From positions 2,272,001-2,336,000 of the forward strand of contig OZ253442.1 of the NCBI GenBank assembly GCA_965261085.1: a stretch of DNA of 64,000 nt, in the 5' to 3' direction. This DNA is from a bacterium. Lineage in GTDB: Bacteria; UBA8248. Under the pieces are notes generated by a model. It saw only the letters and a program-made list of their open reading frames with translations, was not told the DNA's origin and ran no database searches. The translations under genes and the position numbers were made by a program. This document shows positions 29,369-38,949 of the stretch, one piece after another. The first letter of the stretch is position 1; each line of letters begins with the position of its first letter.

Positions 29369-29692
29369 AGCTCCTCCTTCATACAGTATCGTATTCAAGA
29401 AGAACGCCTTCCACAAGTTTGTTAAATTCATTCTAATCCGGTGTGAGAAACACGTTTAGGCTCTTGACATCGGGCGATTTCGTCCGTAATAAGAACCTTG
29501 CGTTTGCTTACATCCCTATGGTCTCGGCGTCCGGCGAGGCCATGCGCCGCCCGTGGCGAAGCCAAGTGAATCGGTTTCATTATTCGTCGTTATGGTGGAT
29601 AATATATCCGCGCGGCGCTTGAAGGTGGATTGCTTTGAGATGCGGAAAGTCGAAAGGTGGTTTCAGCCTGAAAACAGGAGTGTAAGGTTCCT

Positions 29693-30247
29693 ATGAACAC
29701 TCGTTTGAAAGCTCCTCCGGTGAAGCTGCCCGCCGATTACGAGGAGGAGGCGAAAGAAAAAAAGCCGTTCATAGACCGCAGGCGGTTCATGAACTACACG
29801 GGGTGGCTCGGCGTTCTGGGCAGCATCGCTATTTCGCTGCTGGGGTTTTTGCGCTTCATGTTCCCGCGTGTTCTCTTCGAACCCCCCACGGTGTTCAAGG
29901 CGGGCAAGCCGGCGGATTACGCCGTGGGCGTGGTGGACACCCGCTACGTGAACAGCGAGCGCGTCTGGATCATCCGCGAGCAGAACGGCTTCTACGCCCT
30001 GAGCGCGATATGCACCCATCTGGGATGCACGCCGAAGTACCTGGGCTCCGAGGACAAGTTCAAGTGCCCGTGCCACGGGAGCGGATTCCGCCGAAGCGGC
30101 GTCAACTTCGAGGGCCCGGCCCCGAGGCCGCTCGAGAGACTGAAAATAGGGCTGGCCGAGGATGGGCAGTTGCTTATTGATAAGGGCAAGCTTTTTCGTC
30201 ATGAAAAAGGGGAATGGGACGCCACGGGCTCTTTCCTCTTTGTCTGA
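29693..30247 (+). CDS. qcrA: Rieske 2Fe-2S subunit of a Rieske/cytochrome b complex
   Basis: Tat-like DRRRF plus TM helix; CTHLGC and CPCHGS; GPAPRPL. Confidence 0.93.
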   Translation: MNTRLKAPPVKLPADYEEEAKEKKPFIDRRRFMNYTGWLGVLGSIAISLLGFLRFMFPRVLFEPPTVFKAGKPADYAVGVVDTRYVNSERVWIIREQNGFYALSAICTHLGCTPKYLGSEDKFKCPCHGSGFRRSGVNFEGPAPRPLERLKIGLAEDGQLLIDKGKLFRHEKGEWDATGSFLFV

Positions 30248-30294
30248 ATAAAGGTTTTCGTATTCGTTTGAAGCAAGCGCGTGGGGGTATATAG

Positions 30295-31083
30295 ATGCTG
30301 AGTTTGAAAGAACGCTTGAACCTGGATCAGGTGAAAAAAAATGTTCTTGATTCCCAGATCTGGAGGTCGATGTTCCGCCATGGGTATGAGGATACGCCGA
30401 GAAACCGTGTTCTCATGGTCGTGGACAACCTTTGGCTGCACTTACACCCCACGAAAATCAGGCGCCACGCCATCCGCATCCGCTTCACGTGGTGCATGGG
30501 CGGGGTGACGTTCCTGCTGTTCTTGTACCTCGTCGTCACCGGCGTGGTGCTGATGTTCTACTACCGGCCAGTGGGCGAGTACGCCTACGCCGACATCAAG
30601 TATCTGGAATTCGACGCCCCCTTCGGCATGTTCATGCGCAACATGCACCGCTGGGCGGCGCACGCCATGGTCATCGCCGTGTGGCTGCACATGATGCGCG
30701 TCTTCATGACGGGTTCCTACAAGCCGCCGCGCGAGTTCAACTGGGTCATCGGGGTGTTGCTGCTCACGCTCACGCTTCTGCTCAGCTTCACCGGCTATCT
30801 GCTTCCCTGGGATCAGCTGGCCATCTGGGCGGTGACGGTGGGAACCAACATGGCGCGGGCCACGCCCCTGCTGGGACACGAGGGGCCGTTCGCCGAAATG
30901 GTGGGCGTCACGCCGCGATTCGACGCGCGCTCGGCTCTATTGGGCGGAACCATCGTGGGCCCGCCCACGCTTTTGCGCTTCTACGTGCTGCACTGCATCG
31001 TCGTTCCTCTGATAGCGGCGATTCTGATGATGGTGCATTTCTGGAGAATCCGAAAAGACGGGGGCATATCCGGGCCTCTCTAG
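30295..31083 (+). CDS. qcrB: Cytochrome b6-type (short) cytochrome b subunit
   Basis: WCMGG (heme ci Cys position), [37 protein letters not shown]...VHF. Confidence 0.93.
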   Translation: MLSLKERLNLDQVKKNVLDSQIWRSMFRHGYEDTPRNRVLMVVDNLWLHLHPTKIRRHAIRIRFTWCMGGVTFLLFLYLVVTGVVLMFYYRPVGEYAYADIKYLEFDAPFGMFMRNMHRWAAHAMVIAVWLHMMRVFMTGSYKPPREFNWVIGVLLLTLTLLLSFTGYLLPWDQLAIWAVTVGTNMARATPLLGHEGPFAEMVGVTPRFDARSALLGGTIVGPPTLLRFYVLHCIVVPLIAAILMMVHFWRIRKDGGISGPL

Positions 31084-31117
31084 GTTTTTCGGGGCATAAT
31101 AGGGAAGGACGAAAACA

Positions 31118-31897
31118 TTGGCGAAGGAAGACAAGGTAGTCGGCTCTGCCGATGAGATGGCCAAGACGAGTTGGGAGCGGGTGAACGACAAGGTTCACGT
31201 GTGGCCCTACCTCACGCGCCTGGAGTTCATGTGCGCGATCATCATCACCGTGCTGCTGGTGGTGTGGTCCATCGTGATCGACGCGCCGCTCGAAGAGCCG
31301 GCGAACCCCTCCGTTACGCCGAACCCCTCGAAGGCGCCGTGGTATTTCCTGGGTCTTCAGGAGATGCTCGTGTATTTCGATCCGTGGATGGCGGGCGTGG
31401 TCCTGCCCACCCTCATCATCGTGGGTCTGATGGCCATTCCCTTTATCGACGTGAACCCCAAGGGGAACGGCTACTACACCTTCCACGAGCGCAGATTCGC
31501 CATCCTCATCTTCTTGTTCGGTTTTCTGGTCCTGTGGGTGTGGATGGTGGTGCAGGGAACCTTCCTGCGCGGGCCGGGATGGAACTTCTTCATGCCCTGG
31601 GAATACTGGGACCCGCACAAGGTCGTGGCCTTAACGAACGTGGACCTGCCCTACATGCTGGGCTTCAGGAGTTACTTGAGCCAGGCGGCGGCGGGCACCG
31701 TGATGATTGTGCTCTGGTACGCCAGCATACCGGCTTACTATATCTGGCGGCGCGAGCGCATGAAGAACGTGGGCCTGGTGCGCTATCTCATCAAGGCGTC
31801 ACTCAACATGACGATGATGGGGCTGGTGGCGAAAATGGTGTTGCGTATCGGGTTCAACGTCAAATACGTTCTCGTCACCCCGTGGTTCAACATTTAA
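31118..31897 (+). CDS. Subunit IV-like (C-terminal cytochrome b part) of the Rieske/b complex
   Basis: APLEEPANPSVTPNPSKAPWYFLGLQEML (PEWY-equivalent APWY), multiple TM helices; TTG start. Confidence 0.88.
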   Translation: MAKEDKVVGSADEMAKTSWERVNDKVHVWPYLTRLEFMCAIIITVLLVVWSIVIDAPLEEPANPSVTPNPSKAPWYFLGLQEMLVYFDPWMAGVVLPTLIIVGLMAIPFIDVNPKGNGYYTFHERRFAILIFLFGFLVLWVWMVVQGTFLRGPGWNFFMPWEYWDPHKVVALTNVDLPYMLGFRSYLSQAAAGTVMIVLWYASIPAYYIWRRERMKNVGLVRYLIKASLNMTMMGLVAKMVLRIGFNVKYVLVTPWFNI

Positions 31898-31921
31898 TAA
31901 GTTTTTCCTTGAGCGGAGAAG

Positions 31922-32029
31922 ATGGTTCAGGATAGACAGCGAAAACACCTGTGGTGGGACGCCTGCGGCGTGAAAGTGGCCGCCATCGCTCTGCTCGTCG
32001 TCTCTGGCGTGGTGTATCTCCTGGCCTAG
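31922..32029 (+). CDS. 35-aa single-TM membrane microprotein (not in the ORF track)
   Basis: MVQDRQRKHLWWDACGVKVAAIALLVVSGVVYLLA*; GGAG RBS; lies between the subunit IV stop and the terminator. Confidence 0.55.
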   Translation: MVQDRQRKHLWWDACGVKVAAIALLVVSGVVYLLA

Positions 32030-32079
32030 GAGACTGAAGGCGCACGGGGCCAAATAGCTAATAGCCACCGAAAATAATG

Positions 32080-32111
32080 AAACCGCTTCCCGAAAGGGGG
32101 GCGGTTTTTTT
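32080..32111 (+). terminator. Rho-independent terminator of the Rieske/b operon
   Basis: AAACCGCTTCCC-GAAA-GGGGGGCGGTTT followed by a T-tract. Confidence 0.8.
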
Positions 32112-32148
32112 GTGTTGGGGAATTGTTTGCCAATCACTCATGGATTCG

Positions 32149-33669
32149 CTATATTTGTAAAAGAACTCGAATATCACCTAGATTTAAGCATTCGTCCCCA
32201 TGATCGGCTTCCTCGATCTCATAGCCTCTCTTGCCTGCGGCCCTTATGCTATCGCCATCATCACCAACAAAACATTCTCGCAATACCCGTTTTCCACAAT
32301 CGAGTTTTATGCCTCCACCCTCCGTAGACAAGTCGGTCGCCGAAGCATCAAATACTACGAAAAAGGTAAATCCCCCTACTTCGAAATTAAAGTGTCCAAG
32401 CACCCGGTAAAAGCTGTCATCAGTCTTCAGCGAAGGCTCCCACTCCCCGCACAGTTGCATGTCTTCGGCTGTAAGGATTTCGTGAAAAAACGACAATTCC
32501 CTGAAAGAACAGCGCAGATCCTGCAATGTTAGATTCACAGTGCTTACGCCGGCGCGCATTTGAATTTCCTGCAGTGTCTTGGCAATATCAGATAACTCTC
32601 CGAAAAATCCCTCATGTCCGCTTAGGCTTAACTTGCCGTCACAAATCAACAGGGAAACATCATGATCCACAATTTTCATAGAAACCGTTTCGCCTCCCCA
32701 CGAGAGAAAAGTGGCAAGTTTACCTAATCGTTGTATTGACAATTTCTCATTCCACAGATAGGCGATTTGCGCCGAAAAACTGTGATCGGAGAAAATAGTC
32801 ACGGTGAAACACCAAGTCTCGATTGCGAATTTGAACTTCTCTGGAGGTAGATTGGGTATTGCAGGTCCCTTCATTGTGGCTTCAAATGAAATGACATCCC
32901 CACTCGAATTCTGAAGCACCAGATTGCACTTCCTTGCAATATTTGGCCGGATTTGTATCCGTCCGTGATCGCTTCCCCACTTGGGTATGGGAGCGTCAAT
33001 CCCAAAACGAGAATCTACGAACTTAATATTCGAGACTGGCAGGTAGTCTGTAAATCCCAACTGGTGGTCGACAAGTTCCTCTACGCCGCCTAACGGACCA
33101 AATGTTACCTCTACGTGGTAGTTTCGTTCTCCGTAGCCTAGCGTCTCGCAGAGAGAGCGCTTTTTTTCAGGGTATTCCACCGAATGCTCATTCACTGTAG
33201 CGATTATCCAACGGATGAGGTCGGCGCTATGTTCGTCTTTATCGGAAAACCTGATTTCCATCCATACTTTATGGGGCTCCTTGTTCGCGGCACTGGCCTT
33301 TCTGCCACGCAGTAGAGCTCGTTCCATCAACTTGTCCCAGAAGTGGCAAATATATATGCGTTCTTCGCTGCCAGGAGCGTGATGAAATAAAACCACAAAA
33401 CATGGCAATTCCGATTTCGCTAGTTTGAGGGCATTGCTAACCTTCATCCTGGTTATTGGAGACTTGCCTTTCGTCGACTTAACCTGAACCAGCACCTGTT
33501 TAGGGCCAGGCAGCTTATCTGCCGGTAGTCCATTTTCTCGTTGGGGAACAAGTTCAATGATAAAATCCCAACCGTGATCATCCTCGAAGGAACGGTTACA
33601 GGTTACCTCGGATTGTGAGCAGAGCAGTTTGAACTTATTCTGTGCCGGGCGCCCAGAACGATGGCTCAT
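32149..33669 (-). CDS. DUF4365-like PD-(D/E)xK nuclease-domain protein with an unknown C-terminal region
   Basis: N-terminal DDHGWDFIIE...VLVQVKST motif; visibly more AT-rich than its flanks. Confidence 0.6.
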   Translation of the reverse strand: MSHRSGRPAQNKFKLLCSQSEVTCNRSFEDDHGWDFIIELVPQRENGLPADKLPGPKQVLVQVKSTKGKSPITRMKVSNALKLAKSELPCFVVLFHHAPGSEERIYICHFWDKLMERALLRGRKASAANKEPHKVWMEIRFSDKDEHSADLIRWIIATVNEHSVEYPEKKRSLCETLGYGERNYHVEVTFGPLGGVEELVDHQLGFTDYLPVSNIKFVDSRFGIDAPIPKWGSDHGRIQIRPNIARKCNLVLQNSSGDVISFEATMKGPAIPNLPPEKFKFAIETWCFTVTIFSDHSFSAQIAYLWNEKLSIQRLGKLATFLSWGGETVSMKIVDHDVSLLICDGKLSLSGHEGFFGELSDIAKTLQEIQMRAGVSTVNLTLQDLRCSFRELSFFHEILTAEDMQLCGEWEPSLKTDDSFYRVLGHFNFEVGGFTFFVVFDASATDLSTEGGGIKLDCGKRVLRECFVGDDGDSIRAAGKRGYEIEEADHGDECLNLGDIRVLLQI

Positions 33670-33726
33670 TTAGTTTCCTCATTTAGGTCAATGGTGTAAC
33701 TCTCCATCATGCTCATGCCTAGAGCC

Positions 33727-33969
33727 TCAGTCGAACCGGGGCGGCTCGCGCGCCAGTTCACGCGGGGGCAATTCCAGATCCACGCCGCCCATGGGTCCGA
33801 ACCGGGCGCGGATGAGGCTTGCGAGGTTTTGCGAGCCCGGATTGCTGCCCACCGCATCGCGCAGGATCACCCGCGCTTCTTCTTCCATGGAGCGGCCATT
33901 CTCTGCCGCCCGGATGCGAAGGCGGGTTTTCACGTCTTCATCGAGATTACGGATTGTGATGCTCGCCAT
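33727..33969 (-). CDS. FitA-like ribbon-helix-helix antitoxin/regulator
   Basis: MASITIRNLDEDVKTRLRIRAAENGRSMEEEARVIL...GGVDLELPPR; GGAGG RBS. Confidence 0.88.
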   Translation of the reverse strand: MASITIRNLDEDVKTRLRIRAAENGRSMEEEARVILRDAVGSNPGSQNLASLIRARFGPMGGVDLELPPRELAREPPRFD

Positions 33970-34072
33970 GGCAATACCCTCCACCTGCTCCGGATTTTAC
34001 TCTAAGCGGTGTTTGCAAGGCGATCAAACAGGGGTGGTGTTGTTGCTCCGCGTCAAGTCTTTGGATTAAGTG

Positions 34073-34145
34073 GTAGGGACAACCCCCCGTGGTTGTCCTT
34101 TTTCGGATGCGCGAGGACTGGACAGGCACAGGGGCCTGTCCCTGC
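34073..34145. repeat. REP doublet (GTAG-type)
   Basis: GTAGGGACAACCCCCCGTGGTTGTCC ... GGACAGGCACAGGGGCCTGTCCCTGC: two inverted hairpin units. Confidence 0.65.
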
Positions 34146-34172
34146 TACGGTTCTTAGTGGAAAGGGAGTGTC

Positions 34173-34685
34173 CTACTCCGAATTAGGCCAGGCCATGTCG
34201 TGGGCTTGGAGTATTTCGCGGAGTCTCGAGACGTTGATGAGTTCCATGGGAGCGCCTTCCGAGTATTTCTGCACCTCTTCGGTGAAATATCCCGTCGAAA
34301 TCAGGATGCCCTTCAAGGCCCTCTCGGCGCGCACGGTGTCGGAGAGGCCGATGACCCGTATCGAGTTCACAAAGTCGCCCTCGGGCACGAGTATGCCGTG
34401 GATGATGTAGTCGCCCCCGAGAATGGGGACGGGGTTGTGGGCCAGGATGTCGATTTCTTCCTCGTTGACCCAGTGAACCTCCACGATGCGCATATTCATG
34501 TCTTCGAGCAGGTCGATGAGCATGCGTTCGAACGCCTGCGGCGAGAGCCTGCGCAGGGATTCGATTTCCGAATCGTTCGTGTTTTGTTCCGCATCCGCTT
34601 CGAGCGCGATGTTCGAGGTCGTTCTCTTGACGAACAGTATGGTGATGAATCCCAGGATGAGCGCGACGAAGATGAGTTCTAGCAT
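34173..34685 (-). CDS. Membrane-anchored Mrr_cat-like (restriction-endonuclease fold) protein, degenerate active site
   Basis: N-terminal TM helix; LSPQAFERMLIDLLEDM, EIDILA, KGILISTGYFT, MELIN; IIHGI where Mrr has (V/I)QxK. Confidence 0.7.
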   Translation of the reverse strand: MLELIFVALILGFITILFVKRTTSNIALEADAEQNTNDSEIESLRRLSPQAFERMLIDLLEDMNMRIVEVHWVNEEEIDILAHNPVPILGGDYIIHGILVPEGDFVNSIRVIGLSDTVRAERALKGILISTGYFTEEVQKYSEGAPMELINVSRLREILQAHDMAWPNSE

Positions 34686-34804
34686 GTCGGTTTCCAGAAC
34701 TTGGGAGAGAGGGAAGGCATCGCGCCGCGGGCGGTCATTGCGGATTCAAGGTTCCATGCGCCGGGGCGATTGACGCGGGAGAGAGCGAGTGAAGCCCAAG
34801 GCGC

Positions 34805-34972
34805 TTATCGGATCATCTCGTCGTACACGTCGTCTTTCTTGCCCTTTTTAATCAGCTTGTCGTGTCTGAGACCTTGGGAAATGGCCAGCCAGACGAAAAA
34901 AGCCAGCAGGGGAATCATGAACCCGATGGGGATGTTGTCGGGTTTTGTCAGAATGGCCAGGAAATTTTCCAT
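34805..34972 (-). CDS. 55-aa membrane microprotein with a KPDNIPI motif (not in the ORF track)
   Basis: MENFLAILTKPDNIPIGFMIPLLAFFVWLAISQGLRHDKLIKKGKKDDVYDEMIR*; AAGGA RBS; genome-like codon usage. Confidence 0.75.
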   Translation of the reverse strand: MENFLAILTKPDNIPIGFMIPLLAFFVWLAISQGLRHDKLIKKGKKDDVYDEMIR

Positions 34973-35212
34973 CTCGAATCCTTTTCAGTCTAGTTGGCGG
35001 TAAAAGGCAACGCCCTTATTCTGACGCAAATCCGGGCCGAGGGCAAGAGAATCAGAAACTTCGCTCCCCGATATGGGAGCGCCGCTTGCGAGATGCCTTG
35101 ACAATCCACGCGGGGAATGGAAATATCATTGGTATTGCGAGGATATCGCCGAGGTGAATTTTATTTTTGGCGAGTCGCCCTGTGAAAAGCGAATTATCCA
35201 AGAGGCGCAGAT

Positions 35213-35692
35213 ATGACCCACTTCATATTCGACGCTTGCATCGGTTGTTCGATTTGCGAGCCCGTTTGCCCCACGAAGGCCATTACGGGCGAGCCGCGCG
35301 AGATCTACAAAATCGACCCCACGCTCTGCATCGACTGCGGCGTGTGCGGCAAGTATTGCCCGGCATACGCCATTCAGGACGATTTGGGAGACATAATCAA
35401 GAATATCAAGCACAAGGAAATGCCCAAGGCGTACGTGCTGGAGGAGAACTGCACGGGCTGCATCTGGTGCGTGGACGTTTGCCCGTTCGATTGTATTCGC
35501 ATGGCGCCCTCCTCCGTGGAGCGAGACCACAGCGCGGTGGCCGTGGTGGATCAGTCCACGTGCGTCGGCTGCCGGCTTTGCGAGGAGATTTGCAACAAGG
35601 GCGCTATTATCGTGCCCATACACGAAGACGAGTCCGAATACATGGCGCCGTTCATGCACGAGTTCATCACCTCGCCCCTTCGCGCATATTAA
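35213..35692 (+). CDS. Polyferredoxin (four 4Fe-4S motifs)
   Basis: CIGCSICEPVCP, CIDCGVCGKYCP, CTGCIWCVDVCP, CVGCRLCEEIC; GAGG RBS. Confidence 0.9.
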   Translation: MTHFIFDACIGCSICEPVCPTKAITGEPREIYKIDPTLCIDCGVCGKYCPAYAIQDDLGDIIKNIKHKEMPKAYVLEENCTGCIWCVDVCPFDCIRMAPSSVERDHSAVAVVDQSTCVGCRLCEEICNKGAIIVPIHEDESEYMAPFMHEFITSPLRAY

Positions 35693-35713
35693 GTCGAGAC
35701 ATATTTGACGACG

Positions 35714-35743
35714 ACTCCCCCGGATTCGGGGGAGTTTTTTTTT
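35714..35743 (+). terminator. Rho-independent terminator
   Basis: ACTCCCCCG-GATT-CGGGGGAGT followed by a T-tract. Confidence 0.8.
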
Positions 35744-35754
35744 GAACCATCTCA

Positions 35755-35783
35755 TTGACGCTATATGTGCGCTCAGGTAGCGT
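35755..35783 (+). promoter_or_regulatory. Sigma70-like promoter upstream of rel
   Basis: TTGACG, 17-nt spacer, TAGCGT. Confidence 0.45.
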
Positions 35784-35875
35784 TTCCCTTGTGAGAGGCC
35801 CTATATTTATCGAAAGGGCTTGATTTTGCTCTTTTTCGTCATCTGGCCGAGCAAGTCGAAAGAGGAGGAAATTCG

Positions 35876-38113
35876 TTGCCTCCAGTTTTGACGTCGCGCC
35901 CACCCGCCCGGATCATGGACATCGTCGATCTGGTCGAGGAATACTCGCCCGACTGCTCGGATCTGCTCACCACAGCTTATATCTTCACGGCGAAGGTCCA
36001 TAAGGGACAGTCGCGCATTTCCGGCGAGCCCTACATTTCACATCCATTGGAGGTGGCCCGCATTCTCGCGGAGCTGCGCCAGGACCCCGAAACCGTATGC
36101 GCGGGGCTGCTCCACGACACCGTGGAGGACACCGCCACGTCGCTCAAGGAGATTGACGAGCATTTCGGAACAGACGTCGCCGAACTCGTAGATGGCGTCA
36201 CGAAACTCGCGAAGATCGACGTTTCGAACACCCAGGTTCGCCAGGCGGAAAGCTACCGGAAGATGCTGATCGCCATGGCGAAGGATATTCGGGTCATCAT
36301 CATCAAATTAGCGGACAGACTCCACAACGCGCTGACGCTCCACCATCTTCCCCAGAAAAGCAGAGAGCGCATTGCGCGGGAGACGGCGGAAATATACGCC
36401 CCGCTCGCCAATCGCATCGGCATCGGCTGGCTCAAGGGAGCACTCGAGGACGTGGCGTTCAAGCACCTGCGCCCCAAGGAGTTTTTGGAAATCGACGAGA
36501 TGCTCCGCGACGGCTTAAAAGACCGCGAAGCGTATATGGAACTCATCATCGAGCAGGTGAAGGAGACTCTCGAATTCGAGGACATCAATGGCGCCGCGTC
36601 CGCCAGATTCAAGCTCCACTCCAGCATTTATGATAAAATGCAGACGCAAAACCTCGATTTCCATCAGGTATATGACATTTGCGGCGTGAGAATCATCGTG
36701 GATTCCGTGAAGGATTGTTATGCCGTATTGGGAGTCCTGCATTCCAAATGGACGCCCATCCCCGGACGTTTCAAGGATTACATCGCCCTGGCCAAGGCGA
36801 ATCTGTATCAGTCTCTCCACACCACCGTCGTGGGGCCGGAGGGCCAGCGGGTGGAGTTCCAGATTCGCACCAAGGAGATGCACCGCGTGGCGGAAGAAGG
36901 CATCGCCGCGCACTGGAAGTACAAGGAGGGCGAAGAGGTCAACGACGACGGAATGGCCGACAAGTTCGATTGGATCAGGAGAATCGTGGAAAGCCTGAAC
37001 GAAGAGTCCGACCCCAGGAACCTGGTCGATTCCGTCAAAGTCAATCTGTTTCAGGACGAGGTGTTCGTCTTCACGCCCAGGGGCGAGGTGAAGAGCCTTC
37101 CGCGCGGGGCGACGCCGGTCGATTTCGCTTTCTCCATCCATACGGAGGTGGGCAGTCACTGCGTGGGTGCGAAGGTCAACGGAAAAATCGCGCCGCTGGG
37201 TTCACTGCTCGAGAATGGCGACATCGTCGAGATCATCACGAACCCGCACCGAAAGCCCAGCGCCGACTGGATGAAGTTCGTCGTCACCGCCCGGGCGAAG
37301 CATAAAATCAGGAACTGGATCAGGCAAGAGCAGAAGGATCGCTCCCTCACGCTCGGCCATGAATTGCTCGAGCTTGAGCTGGGACGATGCGTGGAGAAGA
37401 AGGAAGTCGCCTCATACATGAAGCCCAAGGAATTGAACGGGGTGTTGCGGTCCTTCGGGGCTCAAACCGATCAGGACTTATTGACGTCGATTGGTTTCGG
37501 GCGCATATCCGCGCGGCAGGTGGTGCACAAGCTGTTGCCCGAACAACTCGTGCGCGAGAGGGAGAAGCGGGAGAAATCGCGTCTCAGGCGTCTCGTGAAC
37601 CGCGTGAGCCGCCACAAGAACAAGGCGGGCATCCTCGTGAAGGGTCAGGACGACGTTTTGATTCGTTACGGGAAATGCTGCCAGCCGATTCCGGGCGACG
37701 GAATAGTCGGTTTCATCACGCGCGGGCGCGGCGTCACGGTGCATAACGAGAATTGCCCGAACATCAAGTCGTTGATGGATGATCAGGAACGCCTGGTGGA
37801 GGTTTCCTGGGGCGAGGTCGACAAGGATCAGATGCACCTGGTGACGCTCGTGGTCGAAGCGCGGGACAGGCCGGGTGTCCTGGCGAACTTGAGCGCCGCC
37901 ATCGCAAGTTGTGAGGCGAATATCTCCCGCGTGGCGGCCGAGGCCTCTCAGGATAAGGCGGAGATTCGCCTGGACGTGCAGGTGCGCGACCTCGCCCAAC
38001 TCAACGACGTCGTCAAGAGGATTCGTGACGAAAAATTCATTTTATCCGTCAACCGCATTGCGCCCGAGGTGGCCCCGCTCAAGGGGAAGGTTCCGCAAAT
38101 TCGCACGGATTAG
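35876..38113 (+). CDS. rel: Bifunctional (p)ppGpp synthetase/hydrolase (long RSH)
   Basis: HPLEVA, LLHDTVED (HD hydrolase), KLADRLHN, RFKDY, YQSLHT, EFQIRT, TGS (FTPRG..DFAF), KCCQP, ACT domain; GAGGAGG RBS. Confidence 0.95.
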   Translation: MPPVLTSRPPARIMDIVDLVEEYSPDCSDLLTTAYIFTAKVHKGQSRISGEPYISHPLEVARILAELRQDPETVCAGLLHDTVEDTATSLKEIDEHFGTDVAELVDGVTKLAKIDVSNTQVRQAESYRKMLIAMAKDIRVIIIKLADRLHNALTLHHLPQKSRERIARETAEIYAPLANRIGIGWLKGALEDVAFKHLRPKEFLEIDEMLRDGLKDREAYMELIIEQVKETLEFEDINGAASARFKLHSSIYDKMQTQNLDFHQVYDICGVRIIVDSVKDCYAVLGVLHSKWTPIPGRFKDYIALAKANLYQSLHTTVVGPEGQRVEFQIRTKEMHRVAEEGIAAHWKYKEGEEVNDDGMADKFDWIRRIVESLNEESDPRNLVDSVKVNLFQDEVFVFTPRGEVKSLPRGATPVDFAFSIHTEVGSHCVGAKVNGKIAPLGSLLENGDIVEIITNPHRKPSADWMKFVVTARAKHKIRNWIRQEQKDRSLTLGHELLELELGRCVEKKEVASYMKPKELNGVLRSFGAQTDQDLLTSIGFGRISARQVVHKLLPEQLVREREKREKSRLRRLVNRVSRHKNKAGILVKGQDDVLIRYGKCCQPIPGDGIVGFITRGRGVTVHNENCPNIKSLMDDQERLVEVSWGEVDKDQMHLVTLVVEARDRPGVLANLSAAIASCEANISRVAAEASQDKAEIRLDVQVRDLAQLNDVVKRIRDEKFILSVNRIAPEVAPLKGKVPQIRTD

Positions 38114-38212
38114 CTTCGGGTTCTGGGCCACGGATTTCATTCTGCAAATCTTCGCTCGCAACGCGAACGATGCGGGAAACTTCCGGCCCGTTCATGAATC
38201 GATGACGGATCA

Positions 38213-38902
38213 ATGACCGACTTGCTCCACCATTCCTGGGAGATTGCGCCTGCCGAAGCGATTCGGGTCCAAAGGGCGCTTGAAAAACGCCTCATCCTGC
38301 ATCCGCTGTCCACCCCGCCGAAAACGATTGCGGGCGCGGACATCTCATGCGAATGGCGGGGAAAGTTCGGCGTCGGGGGGGTGGTCGTATTCTCCTGGCC
38401 GGAAATGCGGCTCGTCGACGAATCATTCCATGGCGGGGAATTGCGATTCCCCTACGTACCGGGGCTGCTCTCTTTCAGAGAAGGTTTTTTGCTCGAGAAA
38501 GCCTTTCTGGGTTTAAGGGAAAAGCCGGATCTCATCATCTTCGACGGGCAGGGCACGGCCCATCCCAGGGGATTCGGTATCGCCTCGCACTTAGGCCTGC
38601 GCCTGGGGCTGCCCTCTATCGGGTGCGCCAAGAGCCGCTTGTTCGGCGACGCTCACGAGCCGCTGGGTGAAGAGAAGGGGGATTGGCGATATCTGCATTC
38701 ACCGGATGGGCGGGAGATAGGCGCGGTCCTCAGGACGAGGCGGGGCGTGAAGCCCGTGTACGTCTCACCCGGCCATCTCATCGACATCAAAGATTCGGTG
38801 CATTGGGTGCTTGCGGCCACTTCCCGATATCGCCTCCCCGAGGTGATTCGCACGGCCCACAGGCGCGTCAACGAGGAGCGGGTGAGGCGAAAAAGGGCAT
38901 AA
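38213..38902 (+). CDS. nfi: Endonuclease V
   Basis: AGADIS, FPYVPGLLSFRE, DGQGTAHPRGFGIASH, GCAKSRL, PVYVSPGH, YRLPE. Confidence 0.95.
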   Translation: MTDLLHHSWEIAPAEAIRVQRALEKRLILHPLSTPPKTIAGADISCEWRGKFGVGGVVVFSWPEMRLVDESFHGGELRFPYVPGLLSFREGFLLEKAFLGLREKPDLIIFDGQGTAHPRGFGIASHLGLRLGLPSIGCAKSRLFGDAHEPLGEEKGDWRYLHSPDGREIGAVLRTRRGVKPVYVSPGHLIDIKDSVHWVLAATSRYRLPEVIRTAHRRVNEERVRRKRA

Positions 38903-38931
38903 AAAAAGCGCCCCGGGCAGGGCGCTTCTTT
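38901..38931. terminator. Probable bidirectional terminator between convergent genes
   Basis: A-tract, AAGCGCCC/GGGCGCTT stem, then CTTT. Confidence 0.65.
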
Positions 38932-38949
38932 CGTGTGGAAATTTGAGGT

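Noticed and set aside
29495-29692. Riboswitch in the ~200-nt leader of the Rieske gene
   Set aside because: One hairpin (ATGGTCTCG/CGAGGCCAT) is visible, but no riboswitch consensus that I recognise; an Rfam scan would be needed.
34173-34685. Active type IV (Mrr) restriction enzyme
   Set aside because: The catalytic QxK is missing, there is no Mrr N-terminal domain, and it has a TM anchor; kept as a degenerate-fold finding instead.
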